64,000 nucleotides of DNA from an uncultured virus (IMG/VR IMGVR_UViG_3300031951_000033). Taxonomy: Duplodnaviria > Heunggongvirae > Uroviricota > Caudoviricetes. Shown here one piece after another: positions 48,101 to 56,918 of the stretch (within the stretch, counting starts at the first letter, position 1; each line of letters starts with the position of its first letter). Below the pieces are notes generated by a model. The model was given only the letters and a program-made list of their open reading frames with translations, searched no databases and was not told the origin of the DNA. Location: IMG/VR virus record IMGVR_UViG_3300031951_000033; one strand, written 5' to 3'. Position numbers and translations under genes: made by a program.

Positions 48101-48567
48101 CGCTAGATCCGCTCAGTATTTTTTTGTATGAAAAAGAATACAATCAGTGTTTTAACAAGCATCTGTTGTCTGATTCTTCGGTCGAAGAGCTTATCGTCAG
48201 CAAGTTGCCTGCTATCATAAAGACAAACAAAGCTGCAGTGCCGTTCTTGATGAAGGATGTGCCGGTTATAGCGAATATCAAGGTTGCCGAAGGTTTAGTT
48301 AAGAACAAACACTCAAAAGAGGTTGGCATGATCTTGATGTACGAGTCTTCAACTTTTAAAACCGGTGTGTCTAAAACTGGTCGCAAGTGGAGCTGTGTCT
48401 CTATCGTGCTTTCTGATGGATACTCAACTATAGAGTGCACCAACTGGGACTTAAAGGCAGCTTTAAGATGGCCTAAAAACAGTATCGTTTACGTTAGAGG
48501 TATATTAAGCAGTGGATGGAGAACGTCCGTAAACATGAAACTGTCTGAGATAGAGCAAATTAGTTAA
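45109..48567 (+). CDS. dnaE: DNA polymerase III alpha subunit (family C)
   Basis: PHP LHNHSKYSLLD, VTDHG, TDAH; RGSAGGSL; FERF; PDIDAD; KADILG; YSFNKSHSYAY. Confidence 0.97.
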   Translation: MSKFRPVVQLHNHSKYSLLDAVPSPEEWVGWCLKTGTPALAVTDHGTAISMFDALRTKEFIKNYNKEHGTNHPLDAVKLIPAVELYVKLNAEDKNHYHITAWATNTKGYKNLMKLASIAYNDTVSYYGSLKGRVTFDQINEYKAGIKFGTGCIAGPIGKALWGSDKKEAERLYLMYQEMFGEHLYVEFHCNDVTHNFNKTTGGFDPIPGDECSCDGNKQKGYNLFLKEMVEKHGGKCIPVTDAHFIAPEDKRIQDALLMNGNTNGWYFYESYNQMESDEIYSRLKKHLGEWLTEDRFNEWIDNTYEVANAVETVEMKFEYHLPKIDIPEHIKTKTDDYDKQTYFYMMELIKQHGRWSNDPVYVNRFKQELDVIMKNEKLNFIPYFLVYEDIGRFARSQGILQNIARGSAGGSLISYYLKIIHVDPIKADLPFERFLSHARIRAGSFPDIDADIGDRARSLIMKYLQNKYGNGFAQIATFSKMKTKNAIKDAMYAVYGKNGNDPEVRAICDTIPDSQQGVDEHDFLYGHHDSEGNYNPGQIEVNKTLANFFENKPEIERMVKKLIGTVRGWSRHASAFVISTLDLSGDRVPTMVMRDKELGDILVTQYDAGMVEKCGLVKADILGIKTLTAVSDCVNMIAKRGGINYLEEESGVPLIYRLPEDKEVYGDFYSKQTDSSFQFNTELIKGYIQEFCPLRRQDLGALTALCRPGALDAPLYDTTAAQYYMDVRNGKRTLEYLHPDLAPILKESNGVFVYQEEVMKFLVNIAGYSWEESDIIRSAIAKKKHEVILATFDKIRSSCRARGWTDQAIETVCQQIQAFSRYSFNKSHSYAYAELGYVTMYLKRHHFYEWWTAILNLAVNDADKDKLRKYVSLLGPIVRPPSLANPTDEFSIREIDGKKYIITPITALKGCGPSVVKELCSKGPFSSLEDLVTRVDHAKINTGVISSLIKARAADDLMEADMADLASTKYPQIRKAFIDKYAALRGSRVKIKEDLLTLDPLSIFLYEKEYNQCFNKHLLSDSSVEELIVSKLPAIIKTNKAAVPFLMKDVPVIANIKVAEGLVKNKHSKEVGMILMYESSTFKTGVSKTGRKWSCVSIVLSDGYSTIECTNWDLKAALRWPKNSIVYVRGILSSGWRTSVNMKLSEIEQIS

Positions 48568-48575
48568 GGAGATTT

Positions 48576-49085
48576 ATGTCTAAATTTGTGGTTGTACCTG
48601 AAGCCCCTAAGCCGTTGCGTGCCGGTGAATACGTTATCGAGCGCCCCAACTTTGTGGAAGAGATTCGCGAAAACATGAGCAAGGCACCTCGCGGCAACAA
48701 AACTGCTACCGGGTTTCTTCGCAGTATCGCTGGCGCTATCGGCGACAAATACGACAAGGAGCTCACCGCTTGGACAGTAAAGACTCACAATTACGAGGGA
48801 CGTCACTACGCTAATGAATATGAGCTTAGTGCGATTGTTTGCGAGATGCTGAGAGCTTCTTATCCGTCCATATTCAAGAAATACGTCGACTTCAAGATCC
48901 GTAATCGCCCGATGAATGTCAAGGTTATCTACTATGTTGGCGATTGGACAGAGACAACCCCGTTTTTCGACAACGGAATCGACAGCATTGCTCTCAAGGA
49001 CATTGAAGCGGAACTTGGCGCTAAGGCCAAGAAACCGCTGACCAAAAATGTCGAAGACGCTGACCAAAAATCTGCATCTGTATAA
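48576..49085 (+). CDS. Hypothetical protein
   Basis: 169-aa ORF; AAGGAG SD. Confidence 0.65.
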   Translation: MSKFVVVPEAPKPLRAGEYVIERPNFVEEIRENMSKAPRGNKTATGFLRSIAGAIGDKYDKELTAWTVKTHNYEGRHYANEYELSAIVCEMLRASYPSIFKKYVDFKIRNRPMNVKVIYYVGDWTETTPFFDNGIDSIALKDIEAELGAKAKKPLTKNVEDADQKSASV

Positions 49086-49163
49086 TAACGTAGTATAATG
49101 ATTTTATCCCCATAACGGGATTTGAATAACGCAGTAATGCAATAACCTCTGAAAGGAAAATCT

Positions 49164-50165
49164 ATGGCAAACATCAAGATCAATCTAGACTCATTGAAAG
49201 CACGTCGTGAGTGGAAGCGGCACAAGGTCGTTGACGGGCACAACGTGTACAGAATTCTCCCGCCCTTCGGCGAATCATCTAACGGATACCCTTATCGCAA
49301 ATGGCAGATCTGCTGGGGACTCAAAGACCCAGAAACAGGGCGTGTTCGTCCGTTCGCTTCTTCTTTAACTTCAGAAAAGCGCTGCCCTGTCACTGAGTTT
49401 GTTGCTGAGCTCAAGAAGAAATCTGAGTCATTGACTGCTCAACTTCAGGCAACTGGCGCGTCTTCTGAGACCATCAAAGATCGCATGAAAGCGCTCAACT
49501 CGCTTGTCTCCGATATGGCACCAAAGACCGTATACGTCTACAATGCTGCTAACAAGGCTGGCGAAGTAGGCTTGCTCGAGCTCAAGGCAACTGCGCACAA
49601 GAAGATGAAGGCACTCATGCACGAGTACGTCCAGATGTACAATCAAGATCCTACGTCCCTTAACTCGTCCGATGACGATTCTGGTGTATGGTTTGACATC
49701 ACTCGCACAGGTCAGTTTCGCGATACAGAGTACGATGTGCTTAAGTGCCAAATTCGCACTAAAAACGCAGCAGGCAAGATCACGTTTGAAGACGATCGTT
49801 CTCCTCTGCCCGATAGCCTCGTTGAGAACTATGAGAGTCAAGCCTACGATCTTTCTGGCATCTATCAGCAAAAATCTTACGATGAGCTGAAAGAAGTGCT
49901 CGAAGCAAATATGGCAGACATCATAGCCGCTTGCCCTGACGCTGATCTCACCGGCGCTGCCGTAGCAGTGTCACCGGTCGCAAAACCGACAGCTTCTGCT
50001 TTGCCTAAAGGCAAATATACCGTAAACTTGAATCTCAGCGACGATGACGACGATATCGATGAGAGCAAGTTTGCGCCGCCGGTTTCCACTAAGAAGCCAG
50101 CAGCCGCTGCGCCAGCTATAGATGATGATTTCATGGCGCAAGCAGACGCTATTCTCAACGGGTAA
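49164..50165 (+). CDS. Single-stranded DNA-binding protein (gp32-like)
   Basis: YRILPP, CPV.E, G..FDITRTG..RDTEY, acidic C-tail (DDDFMAQADAIL). Confidence 0.8.
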   Translation: MANIKINLDSLKARREWKRHKVVDGHNVYRILPPFGESSNGYPYRKWQICWGLKDPETGRVRPFASSLTSEKRCPVTEFVAELKKKSESLTAQLQATGASSETIKDRMKALNSLVSDMAPKTVYVYNAANKAGEVGLLELKATAHKKMKALMHEYVQMYNQDPTSLNSSDDDSGVWFDITRTGQFRDTEYDVLKCQIRTKNAAGKITFEDDRSPLPDSLVENYESQAYDLSGIYQQKSYDELKEVLEANMADIIAACPDADLTGAAVAVSPVAKPTASALPKGKYTVNLNLSDDDDDIDESKFAPPVSTKKPAAAAPAIDDDFMAQADAILNG

Positions 50166-50171
50166 TAATCG

Positions 50172-50618
50172 ATGAGCGATCTACCGGATAGAGTAGACGT
50201 CTCTCGACTAGCGCAATATGTCAACAAGATACAGGAGCTGTCCTCCATCACAAAGATGATGGCCCCTGTATACTTACAGGAATATATTGTTGGTCAAGAC
50301 GTTGCCGCAGGTCTGCTAGCAAAAGCAGTACAAGCAGACGCTCGCGCAAAATCCAAACTAGAGTACGCCGAATCTATTGCGTATCTAGAGCGTGCCAAGG
50401 ATTATCTCGAATCCAAGGGTATAAAGGACACGAGCGAGGCCAGAAAACAGTACGTCAACGTTGATCCTGACGTTGTCACTGCCAAAGATGAAAAGGCAAA
50501 AACCGAGGCACTTGTTACTTTGATGAAGAGCAAGTTGTCTCAACTAAGGCAAGCACACGATGATCTCAAAAAGATCACGTACGATAAGGGATTAGATACC
50601 CCTTACGAAGGCATGTAA
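50172..50618 (+). CDS. UvsY-like recombination mediator (putative)
   Basis: Helical; EARKQYVNVDPDV motif; lies between SSB and RecA. Confidence 0.5.
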   Translation: MSDLPDRVDVSRLAQYVNKIQELSSITKMMAPVYLQEYIVGQDVAAGLLAKAVQADARAKSKLEYAESIAYLERAKDYLESKGIKDTSEARKQYVNVDPDVVTAKDEKAKTEALVTLMKSKLSQLRQAHDDLKKITYDKGLDTPYEGM

Positions 50619-50627
50619 CAAGTTTGT

Positions 50628-50702
50628 TCCGACTTAGCTCAGAGGTAGAGCATCCGGCTGTTAACCGGCAGGTCCGTGGTTCGATCCCACGAGTCGGAGC
50701 CA
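50628..50702 (+). tRNA. tRNA-Asn(GTT)
   Basis: TCCGACT/AGTCGGA acceptor, loop CTGTTAA, GTTCGATC T-loop, encoded CCA. Confidence 0.95.
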
Positions 50703-50747
50703 TTTTAACTAGCGCACAAAAATGCGCAATAATCAAAGGGAGAAAAT

Positions 50748-51155
50748 ATGGGAAAAACAACCACAAACACAGCTAATCGCACTAAAAAGAAATCTACTAC
50801 TGAAGGCGCCGCAAATCGCTTGCCCGGTAAGTTCATCAAGGCGACTAAAGCGTCTGCGAGAGACAACGGCAAGTTTACCTTCAGTGCTTCTGAGATCTCT
50901 TCAGCCTTCGCGTATGGTGAGGTTGACTTCAGTGCAGTTTATAACGTCATGGGCTCTTATGAAGATAAGGTGATCATGACCATCAAAGGCGACACCAACA
51001 AGAAGTACGACGTAGTTCTGTCTCCGTCAAGAAACAGAAAGACCTTCTACGCCGAATGTCCTCGCGGCCTCAAAATGCCTTCGGTCGGTAAGCCTGCTTA
51101 TTACGAGGTGGTTGGCCTTATTTTTTGTGTAAAAGGCGAGGTTACTTATGAGTAA
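50748..51155 (+). CDS. Hypothetical basic protein
   Basis: 135-aa ORF; GGAG SD. Confidence 0.6.
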   Translation: MGKTTTNTANRTKKKSTTEGAANRLPGKFIKATKASARDNGKFTFSASEISSAFAYGEVDFSAVYNVMGSYEDKVIMTIKGDTNKKYDVVLSPSRNRKTFYAECPRGLKMPSVGKPAYYEVVGLIFCVKGEVTYE

Positions 51156-52272
51156 ATGGCTTAGTAAACTAACTGCAGAGTTTGGGGTTGTTGCTGATCA
51201 GTTGTCGGCACAGCTGCTTCCTCCTGTCGCAAGTCGCTCGCCCTCTCTCAATTGGGCTACCGGCATTGGCGGCTTTCAACCAGGCAAGATTTCTGTGCTT
51301 TATGGTCCAGAATCTTCTGGTAAGAGCTTGCTTGCCATGATGGCCGTTGCCGACGTCCAGAAGGCGGACAAAGAAGCATTGTTTGTGTGGTTCGACGCTG
51401 AGTTCTCTTTTAATCTCGAACTGTTTAAGAAGATCGGCGGAGATCCTAGCAGGCTTGTGGTTCGCAAGACCAACGATCCTCTAAAGATCTTCGACTATAT
51501 CGGCTCCGAACTGTTGGAGATGTTGCAGGAAGGTGCTCCTATCAAGGGTATCGTGATCGACTCTATCAAGGCGATTCGTTATCCCAAGGAATCTAACATG
51601 AAGCAGACAACAGATCAGAAGATGGGTGGTACTGGTGCCTCTTATCTTCCTTCTGCCCTCAAGTTAATTATTCCGGTGATCGCAGAGTACAACCTGCTGA
51701 CATTCTTCATCCAGCAAGTGACCATGGAGATCGATCCTATGAAGGCATTGCGTAATCCGTACGTCATCACTGAGGGTCGCGCTCTAAAGCACGCTGCTGA
51801 CATCATGCTTGAGATCGTCAAGCTAGACACTAAGAGCGGCGTTCTTGAGTCTGGCGAGACGATCTCTGGCGGTGCTCAACAAACTGGGCATAAGGTTAGG
51901 ATTAAGGTCAAGAAGAATCGCCTTGGTGCGCCCGCTCGTGTGGCACAGTTTACGTATCACTACGATCAGGGCATCATCAATACTGGCGAAGAGATTTTTG
52001 AGCTCGCCAAATCCTTGGGCATTATCTACCATCCGGTTAATCCCGCGACAGGTAAGGAGAACGTCCAGATGTGGCAGTTCGGGTCCTACGATCCTATCCG
52101 TGGCGAAGAAAACACTAAACAATTCGTGATAGCGTCTAAAAAGATTCAGGACGAGATCATGGCGGCTTGCTTTTCCCGCAAAGATAGTCCGGCTCAATTA
52201 GATGCTGATGGTCTGGTCGAGACCGGAGACGACCTTACTCTTGATCTTAGTTCGTTTACTAACGCAGTATAA
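51148..52272 (+). CDS. recA: RecA/UvsX recombinase
   Basis: YGPESSGKS; FDAE; IVIDSI; GRALKH; VKKNRLGAP. Confidence 0.95.
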   Translation: MSKWLSKLTAEFGVVADQLSAQLLPPVASRSPSLNWATGIGGFQPGKISVLYGPESSGKSLLAMMAVADVQKADKEALFVWFDAEFSFNLELFKKIGGDPSRLVVRKTNDPLKIFDYIGSELLEMLQEGAPIKGIVIDSIKAIRYPKESNMKQTTDQKMGGTGASYLPSALKLIIPVIAEYNLLTFFIQQVTMEIDPMKALRNPYVITEGRALKHAADIMLEIVKLDTKSGVLESGETISGGAQQTGHKVRIKVKKNRLGAPARVAQFTYHYDQGIINTGEEIFELAKSLGIIYHPVNPATGKENVQMWQFGSYDPIRGEENTKQFVIASKKIQDEIMAACFSRKDSPAQLDADGLVETGDDLTLDLSSFTNAV

Positions 52273-52274
52273 CG

Positions 52275-52484
52275 ATGAAGAGGAAAGACATGGAGATGCA
52301 AAAACAACAACAGAATCCCATGGTAAAGGATCTCATAAAGTCTATAATGCAGCCCACTAACGATAAGTGCATTAGATGCGACGAGCCTTCTGATTACGGC
52401 GCTCACGGCCTCAACGGCGGCGAAGTGTACAGCATCTACTACTGTGAGAAGCATTATTTTTCTATGAAAAGAGGTTCTGCCTGA
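52275..52484 (+). CDS. Small Zn-finger-like hypothetical protein
   Basis: CIRC...YCEKH. Confidence 0.55.
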   Translation: MKRKDMEMQKQQQNPMVKDLIKSIMQPTNDKCIRCDEPSDYGAHGLNGGEVYSIYYCEKHYFSMKRGSA

Positions 52485-53479
52485 AGATACTGTTCTGTGG
52501 CGATCCGCATCTCAAGATTAACAGATTCGAGCTGGCCAATAAGTTTCTTGGCTGGCTCGACTCTGTTGTTGCCGAGCATAAACCAGATCTGTTTGTGAAT
52601 CTTGGCGACACATTTGATACTCATTCAGTGGTGAGATCAGAGGTGATGACGGAGTTCATGCAGCACGTGAGAAGAGTTCTAGATCTCAAAGTTCCCTACA
52701 TTTATGTTCTTGGCAACCACGATCAGTATAGGCCGGCAGACTCTAAATACCACGCTCTAAAGCACGTCAAGGACACGATTCCTAATTTCCACGTGATTGA
52801 CGAGCTTACCGAGCTTCACGGAATCACCTTTGTTCCTTATATTCACGAGGCATCTAAATTTCCGACATCTACGTCTTCTGTGTGCGTTGCGCATCAGACC
52901 TTTGTAGGAGCTGACTACGGCGATATAATAACAAAAGATGGCGTGGATCCAGATTCTGTTTCGGCAGATATAATTATCAGCGGGCACATACACAAGAGAC
53001 AGATTTTAGGCAAAGTTATATATCCCGGCTCTCCGTTCGCTCAAAGCGTGAGCGATGTTAACCAGATTAAGGGTCTGATGCTGTTTGACTCAGATACCTT
53101 TAAAACAACTTTTATCCAGACTCCTATGCCTAACTGGCGCGGACTCAAATACGAGCTCACACCTAGTTTTGATGTAGAACAGATGCACGCATCGCTTTTT
53201 ACTGAGTTAAACAACACTGATCATTGGGTTTTAGATGTAACCGGCCCTAAGGCGGAGATAGAGCATTATTTTAGTTCAAGTAGATGGCAAGATCTTGCCG
53301 AAGGCAAAGATATAAAGCGTAGAACTAATTTTACAGACAAAGAAAAGAAGCAGATCCGGCTGGAAGCTAGATCCATGCAGTCCATTATATCAGACTATTT
53401 TGACAAGGTGTACTCAGGCACGCTTGATAAAAAAATACTAACCAAAACCGCTGTCGATTTGCTTAACGAACTTAATTAA
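52481..53479 (+). CDS. SbcD/Mre11 (gp47-like) nuclease; inferred CTG start
   Basis: In-frame upstream extension KILFCGDPHL, then LGDTFD, GNHD, AHQ, SGHIH, YPGSP. Confidence 0.9.
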   Translation: MKILFCGDPHLKINRFELANKFLGWLDSVVAEHKPDLFVNLGDTFDTHSVVRSEVMTEFMQHVRRVLDLKVPYIYVLGNHDQYRPADSKYHALKHVKDTIPNFHVIDELTELHGITFVPYIHEASKFPTSTSSVCVAHQTFVGADYGDIITKDGVDPDSVSADIIISGHIHKRQILGKVIYPGSPFAQSVSDVNQIKGLMLFDSDTFKTTFIQTPMPNWRGLKYELTPSFDVEQMHASLFTELNNTDHWVLDVTGPKAEIEHYFSSSRWQDLAEGKDIKRRTNFTDKEKKQIRLEARSMQSIISDYFDKVYSGTLDKKILTKTAVDLLNELN

Positions 53480-53512
53480 CAACAGTTCCCACTCTGGTAT
53501 AATTGAGTCAGG

Positions 53513-53986
53513 GTGGAGAGGATTTCCGAGGAAAAAATGGCTGAAGAACAGATATCTAGCTACATAGATCAGCAACGCTGGCTTTTGAATAACGGCATAG
53601 TGTCTGATGGCATGAAGAATCAACTGTTCTTTTACGGCTCGTTAGTTCACAAGGAAGTCCAAGCAGTGGAGCTTGACATAGACGTGTCTGAGCGCGTAAT
53701 GAAGTATCGCATATATGTTAGCGACTCTTTGTTAAGCAAGATGGACAAGTATAAGAGACTCTCTACCTCCACGAGCCTGTTTGGGATGTGGAGATTTCAG
53801 AGACTCCTCAAGAGTGAGGGTAGCCTGGATTTCCAAAGCATGCTCGCGAAATTTGTCCTCGATTTTTGTGGCCCTAAGTGGTTCACTAAAGTTGAGGTTC
53901 TCAGCTTTGACAAGTATGTTGAAGTTGCGGGGGCTGAAAGTGGAGACGAGGGAGACAGTCTGCAGTCTAATAAATTGCCTGACTGA
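53513..53986 (+). CDS. Hypothetical protein
   Basis: ORF after TGGTATAAT; alternative start ATG 53537 with GAGG SD. Confidence 0.6.
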   Translation: MERISEEKMAEEQISSYIDQQRWLLNNGIVSDGMKNQLFFYGSLVHKEVQAVELDIDVSERVMKYRIYVSDSLLSKMDKYKRLSTSTSLFGMWRFQRLLKSEGSLDFQSMLAKFVLDFCGPKWFTKVEVLSFDKYVEVAGAESGDEGDSLQSNKLPD

Positions 53987-54368
53987 CAACGAGGATTTAA
54001 GACAGGAACTCTGGGTTCATTATCTCAGCGGTAACCCCGTAGACTCTTTTTCTGAGCACCTAGAAAAGCTAAAATCAGAGCAAGAAGATCACGCATATAT
54101 AAGCTCTACTGTGTGGCAGCTACTTAAAGGGCAATACGCAGAAGAGTTCTCTGTTGTTGTTGAGGCCTTATCTGACTACGAGCGCTCTGTGATGTTCCTG
54201 GCAATACTGGGGTTCTCTGTGCCCACTATATCGGAGCGTAAGGGTATAAGCCAAGTAAGAATTAGACAAACTTTGACCAGCATAAGGTATAATGACGTTT
54301 GGTGCAAAATATATGGCGTTAAAGACCAAACTAACAGAAGAAGAAAAGTACAGCCTGTCAGAGGCTGA
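53940..54368 (+). CDS. Miniature ECF sigma-factor-like protein (likely GTG start 53940)
   Basis: EDLRQELWVHYL (region 2.2-like); LSDYERSVMFL...GFSVPTISERKGISQVRIRQ (region-4 HTH-like). Confidence 0.55.
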   Translation: METRETVCSLINCLTDNEDLRQELWVHYLSGNPVDSFSEHLEKLKSEQEDHAYISSTVWQLLKGQYAEEFSVVVEALSDYERSVMFLAILGFSVPTISERKGISQVRIRQTLTSIRYNDVWCKIYGVKDQTNRRRKVQPVRG

Positions 54369-54936
54369 GATTAAAGTAGCAACTAAATATCTGCGAAAGT
54401 TTAAGACGGCTGGAGCTCTTAAGGAAGTTGAGGCGGCTAAGTTATTTGAGCTGTTTCTTCTTGGTGACTCGCTGTCGAAGATCGCTCAGCAGTATCCTCA
54501 ATACCCTCTTGGGCAGATATGCTTGACGGCAGCGCTGCGCGGTTGGGCCAAAGATAGAGACCGTATGATGCACACCCTGCAAGACAGGGTTAGAGCTAAG
54601 GTGGTTAAGTCTGTCCTTGAGCAGGTTGATTTTTTGACGTCTATGCTGGCCGTGAGCAATGCTGAACATCTTGAGTCGATGGTGCGGTACGCTCAAGACC
54701 CGCTCAATAATCCCGCGCCCAAACTGCGAATCATGAACATCAAAGAGTACAAGGACGTCGCCGAGACTCTTTACAAGATTGTGGCTGGCGCAACAGGTAA
54801 CGGGTCTAAGAAAGACTCTTCTCCGATGTTTAATGCCCTCACGCCTATGCCAACTAAGAGCGTGGTAGAAAAGATAGCAGACGAGATACCGTCCATCGCT
54901 GACTTCACAGATCAGGAAGTCGCTGGGGCTGAGTGA
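54313..54936 (+). CDS. Putative terminase small subunit
   Basis: HTH-like GDSLSKIAQQYPQY...GW; immediately upstream of and overlapping TerL. Confidence 0.5.
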   Translation: MALKTKLTEEEKYSLSEAEIKVATKYLRKFKTAGALKEVEAAKLFELFLLGDSLSKIAQQYPQYPLGQICLTAALRGWAKDRDRMMHTLQDRVRAKVVKSVLEQVDFLTSMLAVSNAEHLESMVRYAQDPLNNPAPKLRIMNIKEYKDVAETLYKIVAGATGNGSKKDSSPMFNALTPMPTKSVVEKIADEIPSIADFTDQEVAGAE

Positions 54937-56873
54937 TGGCTCAGCAACCTAAGAAACTAACAATCGAGCAGGAACGCAAGATGTTCCTAACCCCGTGCAA
55001 AAACCGTAATGAGGTTAAGGCATGGATCAAGCGGTATCTTGGGCTTGAACTTCCGGATGTTACTGTTTCTAGGTTTGCAGACACTAACCCTCTAGACGTC
55101 GTCTACGAGGTTTACGAGATATGTGTACTTCGTAAGAATCCCAACAAGATAAAAGAGCTTCTGTACGTTGCTGGTCGAGGTAGCGGAAAAACACTGGGTA
55201 TGGCTATCGCTGAGCTTATGGTGCTTCTTCATGACAAGCGCGATGTAGTGCATGTCGGCGCCATACAGAATCAAGCGGATCGCTGTTACGCCTATCAGAA
55301 GAACTTCTTGTACAGTTCGCGCCTCAAGCACATCGTGTCTCCTGCTGATCTTCCAGAGGAGCAAAGAATTCTAGAAAAGGCAAACATGTCTCACTCGGTG
55401 TTCAACATCGGATCAGACAAGGCCTCAATCGAAGTTCTTCCTTGTACTCTAAAAGCGGTTAACGGCCCTCACGTTCCGCTTGTAGTCGTGGATGAGATCG
55501 ATACTGTCTCCGGTGAAGGTCTTAAGGCCTTCAAGGATATTGCGGGCATGCTTGACTCTAAGGGCGGCAAACCGCAGCTTAGGGTCGGTATCTCCACTAG
55601 AAAATCTCGATATGGCTTGATGAACAAGCAGATCGAGAGCATGGAGGCGTCCGCGGATAAGTCTCGCGTTGTGCGCCGTTGGACCGCCTTCGAGTTCTCT
55701 GAGCGTTGCCCCGACTCAAGATCTGGCACTAAACCCATAGAGCTGTGGGTGAATCAGGAGCGCATGGAGGTTCTCCAGGAAGAGGATTTCCTTAAGAAAG
55801 ACAAGGGCAAACAGAAAGAGTATATCAAGCATGATGCTCTAGATGGGTGCGCTCACTGTCCGCTGTTCGCTATCTGTTTAACTGATGCCAAAAAACAAAC
55901 ATCTAGTTCTCCTATGCTAAAGTCTCTGGAGGACATAGTGCAGAAGGTGATGTCTGAAGGCGCAGACTGGGCATTGGCTCAGCTGATGAATCTTAAGCCT
56001 TCTGTGGAAGGAATTATCTATCGCGAGTTTGACGAGAAAACACATGTCAAGGACTGGAATCAAATGTGGCTCATCCTTACAGGTAAGGAGTATCCTGGTG
56101 AGTGTACTCACGACATGTTTGTTCGCAAGTGCCATGAGCTTCAAATTCCTTGCTATGCCGGTATTGACTGGGGGTTTAGCGCGCCCAATACCGTGGTTTA
56201 CTTTTTCGTAGATAAGCGCGACAACATATACATAGTCAGATGCGACGGCATGACCTACATCAGCGAACCTACCTGGATTCATTACCTGAAAACCAAGTAC
56301 AACGCAATATATCGCTGTCAACTTTACGTCCCTGATGCTGCCAACCAGGGTGCCATACTGGAGATGCAAAAAGCCGGTCTTCCAGTGGCCAATCAGGCTG
56401 ACAAGGGGCAGATAAATACCGGCGTTCAGACTATTAAGAAGTTTCTAAGATTTCCTGGCAACAACATGCCGAAGATGTTCTTCGCTAAAGAGACCACTCA
56501 GCATATAGTCAACGAATTTGGTCTATATCACTATAAGGTTGATGCTGCCGGCTTAACTACAGACACACCGGACACAGAGTACGATCACTGGCTAGATGCG
56601 CTTAGATATGCGGTTACCTTGCTTTTCGGCAAACAGGCTATAGTTTTAGGGGAAGCGTTGGATTTTGATACTTCTTTTAAGCTACAAGATACGATGGGCA
56701 ACTATAATAGAGCGCCAGATGCGATAGAATTTGCAGCTTCTAGGGGTTTAAGGTTTAATAGTAACGAGGAAGATAGGTCAAAATTAGGTAAGATAGGTAC
56801 GTCTAGAGAACTAGAAGAGAATCTGGGGGAAGAAGGCGCTTCCGGCGGCGGTATGCTCTGGACCTTTGACTGA
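54933..56873 (+). CDS. terL: Terminase large subunit
   Basis: GRGSGKT; VVVDEID; ISTR; GIDWG; DHWLDALRY. Confidence 0.93.
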   Translation: MMAQQPKKLTIEQERKMFLTPCKNRNEVKAWIKRYLGLELPDVTVSRFADTNPLDVVYEVYEICVLRKNPNKIKELLYVAGRGSGKTLGMAIAELMVLLHDKRDVVHVGAIQNQADRCYAYQKNFLYSSRLKHIVSPADLPEEQRILEKANMSHSVFNIGSDKASIEVLPCTLKAVNGPHVPLVVVDEIDTVSGEGLKAFKDIAGMLDSKGGKPQLRVGISTRKSRYGLMNKQIESMEASADKSRVVRRWTAFEFSERCPDSRSGTKPIELWVNQERMEVLQEEDFLKKDKGKQKEYIKHDALDGCAHCPLFAICLTDAKKQTSSSPMLKSLEDIVQKVMSEGADWALAQLMNLKPSVEGIIYREFDEKTHVKDWNQMWLILTGKEYPGECTHDMFVRKCHELQIPCYAGIDWGFSAPNTVVYFFVDKRDNIYIVRCDGMTYISEPTWIHYLKTKYNAIYRCQLYVPDAANQGAILEMQKAGLPVANQADKGQINTGVQTIKKFLRFPGNNMPKMFFAKETTQHIVNEFGLYHYKVDAAGLTTDTPDTEYDHWLDALRYAVTLLFGKQAIVLGEALDFDTSFKLQDTMGNYNRAPDAIEFAASRGLRFNSNEEDRSKLGKIGTSRELEENLGEEGASGGGMLWTFD

Positions 56874-56918
56874 AATTTCAATTTGGGGCATAAGTGCCCT
56901 ATAAGGTAGAATATAAGC

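Noticed and set aside
50628..50702. tRNA as prophage attachment site
   Set aside because: No integrase, no duplicated tRNA 3' end, and phage genes continue on both sides
45109..56873. Inteins or introns in dnaE, recA or terL
   Set aside because: Continuous ORFs of ordinary length; no intein splice or LAGLIDADG motifs noticed
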